Source: a virus | Lineage: Duplodnaviria > Caudoviricetes | Strand: one strand, 5' to 3' | Virus record (IMG/VR): IMGVR_UViG_3300042360_000387 | Coordinates: 1-48,877 of that record | DNA length: 48,877 bases | Shown here: one piece after another, positions 46,782 through 48,877 of the stretch | Position numbering within the stretch: position 1 is the stretch's first letter | How the letters are laid out: every line of letters starts with the position of its first letter | Notes under the pieces: model-generated | Seen by the model: only the letters and a program-made list of their open reading frames with translations | What the model was told of the DNA's origin: nothing | The model's database searches: none | Translations under genes and position numbers: made by a program

Positions 46782-48104
46782 ATGATTAAGATTATTGAAA
46801 AAACAAGCAAGAAAAATTGTGAGAATCTTCTCGGAAAATTCTTAGATTCATCTCACTACGATGAAGTCATAAACTATGATTGCGATGTCTATGACTTATC
46901 TGGTGAATTAGGTGCAGTTCGTTCAGAAAAAAACATTATCATCAAGTTTCGTAAAAATGCTTTTCCTAAAGCAGAACAAGAAAAATGTTATGACGCTATT
47001 TACGATGCAGCTTGTCAATTTGCTGATAATAGAGGAATAGCAGCAGGACCTCGTGGAGCGACTAGACTAGGAAGATATTGGGTTACACAATATCAAAAAG
47101 AAGTTTTAGAATTGATTGCTAAAGGTGGTATTGAAAAGGATATTGACGTTATAGCAAAATCTGTTCCAGACTATGACGAAAGCCAAAAAGAACGTGGGTA
47201 TGTTTGGGTTAGAGAGGTTATTGCTAAAGAAGGAATAGACTATGAGAATATATTCCCGGAAATGTTACAAAAACTTAAACAATTATCAAATGTAGAAGCA
47301 TCTAAAAAAGCAAAACAATATCTTGAAAAGTGTGTTTCTAAAACTTCCTATGCGAATGGTGTTCAAAGTAATGTCGTAGGATTTATGGATAGATATCCTA
47401 GATTCCCCTATGGGAGACCTTGCGCTTATAATGATAGGAATCCCGAAAAATTTGAAGGGTGCTATGATTTTTTAAGAAGATTAGATAGATACTTTGGTGA
47501 ATTCCTTCCTGAACGATATTCTAAACAAAAGAAACATGCTTCTAACATTGATAAAAAATTTATAATTGGTGAAGATACAGTTTTTACGACAATGACTGTT
47601 AATAAAAACTTTAGAACTGCATCTCATAGAGATGCAGGTGATTTACATGAAGGGTTTTCTAATCTATCTGTTCTAGCAAAAGAAAAAACTTGGGAAGGTG
47701 GTTATCTAGTGCTTCCAGAATATCGTATCGCTATAGATATTCGTCCTGGAGATTTGCTCCTTATCAATAATCATGATGGAATACATGGCAATACTGAAAT
47801 AATTCCAGAAAAAGGAAAATCTGTTGAAGATATGGAAAGAATATCTATCGTGTGTTATTTTAGAGAAACTATGAAGAATCTTGGAAGCTATGATTATGAA
47901 CGTGCTAGAATGAATTTTGTAGAATCTAGAAGATTAAATCAGAAACATCCACTATGGATTAAGCGATGGAATGGAGTATCTCCGAATATGTTTGAAAGTC
48001 AAGAATGGAAAGAGTATCTTGAAAGGGAATATCCTGAAAATGCTAGTGCATGGCTTTTGGAATATCATCCTGAATTAGTTAGAAAAAGGAATTTATTATT
48101 TTAA
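46782..48104 (+). CDS. TET/JBP-family 2OG-Fe(II) dioxygenase
   Basis: NRG.AAG, FTTMTVNKNFRTASHRDAGD (HxD), HGNT, ERISIVCYFRE. Confidence 0.85.
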   Translation: MIKIIEKTSKKNCENLLGKFLDSSHYDEVINYDCDVYDLSGELGAVRSEKNIIIKFRKNAFPKAEQEKCYDAIYDAACQFADNRGIAAGPRGATRLGRYWVTQYQKEVLELIAKGGIEKDIDVIAKSVPDYDESQKERGYVWVREVIAKEGIDYENIFPEMLQKLKQLSNVEASKKAKQYLEKCVSKTSYANGVQSNVVGFMDRYPRFPYGRPCAYNDRNPEKFEGCYDFLRRLDRYFGEFLPERYSKQKKHASNIDKKFIIGEDTVFTTMTVNKNFRTASHRDAGDLHEGFSNLSVLAKEKTWEGGYLVLPEYRIAIDIRPGDLLLINNHDGIHGNTEIIPEKGKSVEDMERISIVCYFRETMKNLGSYDYERARMNFVESRRLNQKHPLWIKRWNGVSPNMFESQEWKEYLEREYPENASAWLLEYHPELVRKRNLLF

Positions 48105-48167
48105 TATGCGCTTTACAATTTTATCTCAGAATGTTACACTATAATTATTATATCAAAGGAGTTTATA

Positions 48168-48410
48168 ATGAAAAATAATCAAGAATTAAACATTGCATCA
48201 AAAGAATACTTCATAAAATTTTCCGAATATGAAACTGTAAGATATATTGACGTGAATAAAATAGAATCTGTTCCGTTAAAAGCTAAAGCCACAAGTTTTG
48301 ATTGTAAAGAAAAAGCCAGAAATGCAATGGAACAGTATATTTTAAAATATCAGAATCATAATAAACGTTCTACTATATTGAAGAAAAAACTTTCAATTAT
48401 AGAATGTTAG
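48168..48410 (+). CDS. hypothetical protein
   Basis: AAGGAG SD and TTTACA-N17-TACACT promoter upstream. Confidence 0.65.
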   Translation: MKNNQELNIASKEYFIKFSEYETVRYIDVNKIESVPLKAKATSFDCKEKARNAMEQYILKYQNHNKRSTILKKKLSIIEC

Positions 48411-48427
48411 TGTGATAAGGAATAATT

Positions 48428-48781
48428 ATGGGCGATGATTTATTAGATGTTTCATTTATAGAAAATGAAACTACAGAATATGAAGAATCTAAAATAGATG
48501 TAGAATTTATTGTAGCTATTCCTGAAAGTGATGACGAAGCATATCTTCTATCTAAAAGAGGTTGGGATGCGGATTTATTAGAAAGTCAATATCTAGTTAC
48601 TGATTGCGGACTTATTATTCCAGAAAATATCACAGCTGGAGTTTATAAATGCACTAATCTTAGAGTAACAAATTACTATGAAAGTGATAGAGGTTGGGAA
48701 AACGAACACATTAGCTATGATTTAGAATGTGATTGGGAAAAATTAATAGGATATTTTGAGGAACAAAATAATGAAAAATAA
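48428..48781 (+). CDS. acidic hypothetical protein
   Basis: TAAGGA SD, 117 aa. Confidence 0.65.
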   Translation: MGDDLLDVSFIENETTEYEESKIDVEFIVAIPESDDEAYLLSKRGWDADLLESQYLVTDCGLIIPENITAGVYKCTNLRVTNYYESDRGWENEHISYDLECDWEKLIGYFEEQNNEK

Positions 48782-48877
48782 AATAACACATTTCTTTTTC
48801 GACGTAGATGGAGTTCTTTCTGATTTTCCGAGATATGTTTCCCAACATTACCCATATGAATATAAGGAAGAAAATCG
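48771..48877 (+). CDS. HAD-family 5'(3')-deoxyribonucleotidase-like protein, partial
   Basis: MKNKITHFFFDVDGVLSDF (DxDGV); runs off the window. Confidence 0.75.
   Translation, partial: MKNKITHFFFDVDGVLSDFPRYVSQHYPYEYKEEN

Noticed and set aside
1-48877. CRISPR array, tRNA/rRNA genes, stop-codon reassignment
   Set aside because: No regularly spaced repeats or cloverleaves seen; core genes are full length in the standard code and end with TAA, TAG or TGA.

Overview
A 48.9-kb, very AT-rich segment of a T4-like myophage genome. A GapR/DUF2312 gene suggests an alphaproteobacterial host. The minus strand carries the core replication, recombination and nucleotide genes (41, uvsX, 43, thyX, 61, dut, regA, 62, 44, 45, dexA, 30, dNMP kinase, 46, 47, 55, uvsW). 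The plus strand carries scattered structural islands (14+8; 20-67-68-21-22-23; 3; PAAR), uvsY and accessory early genes. Highlights: (1) uvsX is fractured by a naturally split intein with a very short 14-aa N-fragment, and a decayed Vsr-like endonuclease lies between the halves. (2) A DNA-modification set comprises five methyltransferases, including a C5-MTase whose motif-IX subunit appears nested in an alternative frame, plus a TET/JBP-like dioxygenase. (3) A ~220-bp inverted repeat pair, each copy with two IHF-consensus sites and an outward early promoter, brackets the 17-kb uvsW-to-MTase block. (4) Regulatory signals include repeated promoter/stem-loop/SD cassettes, apparently leaderless late promoters, an early/late hairpin switch on gene 3, a candidate R-loop origin and an unannotated RHH gene. 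No tRNA, rRNA or CRISPR array was seen. All family assignments come from motif recognition by eye, not database searches.
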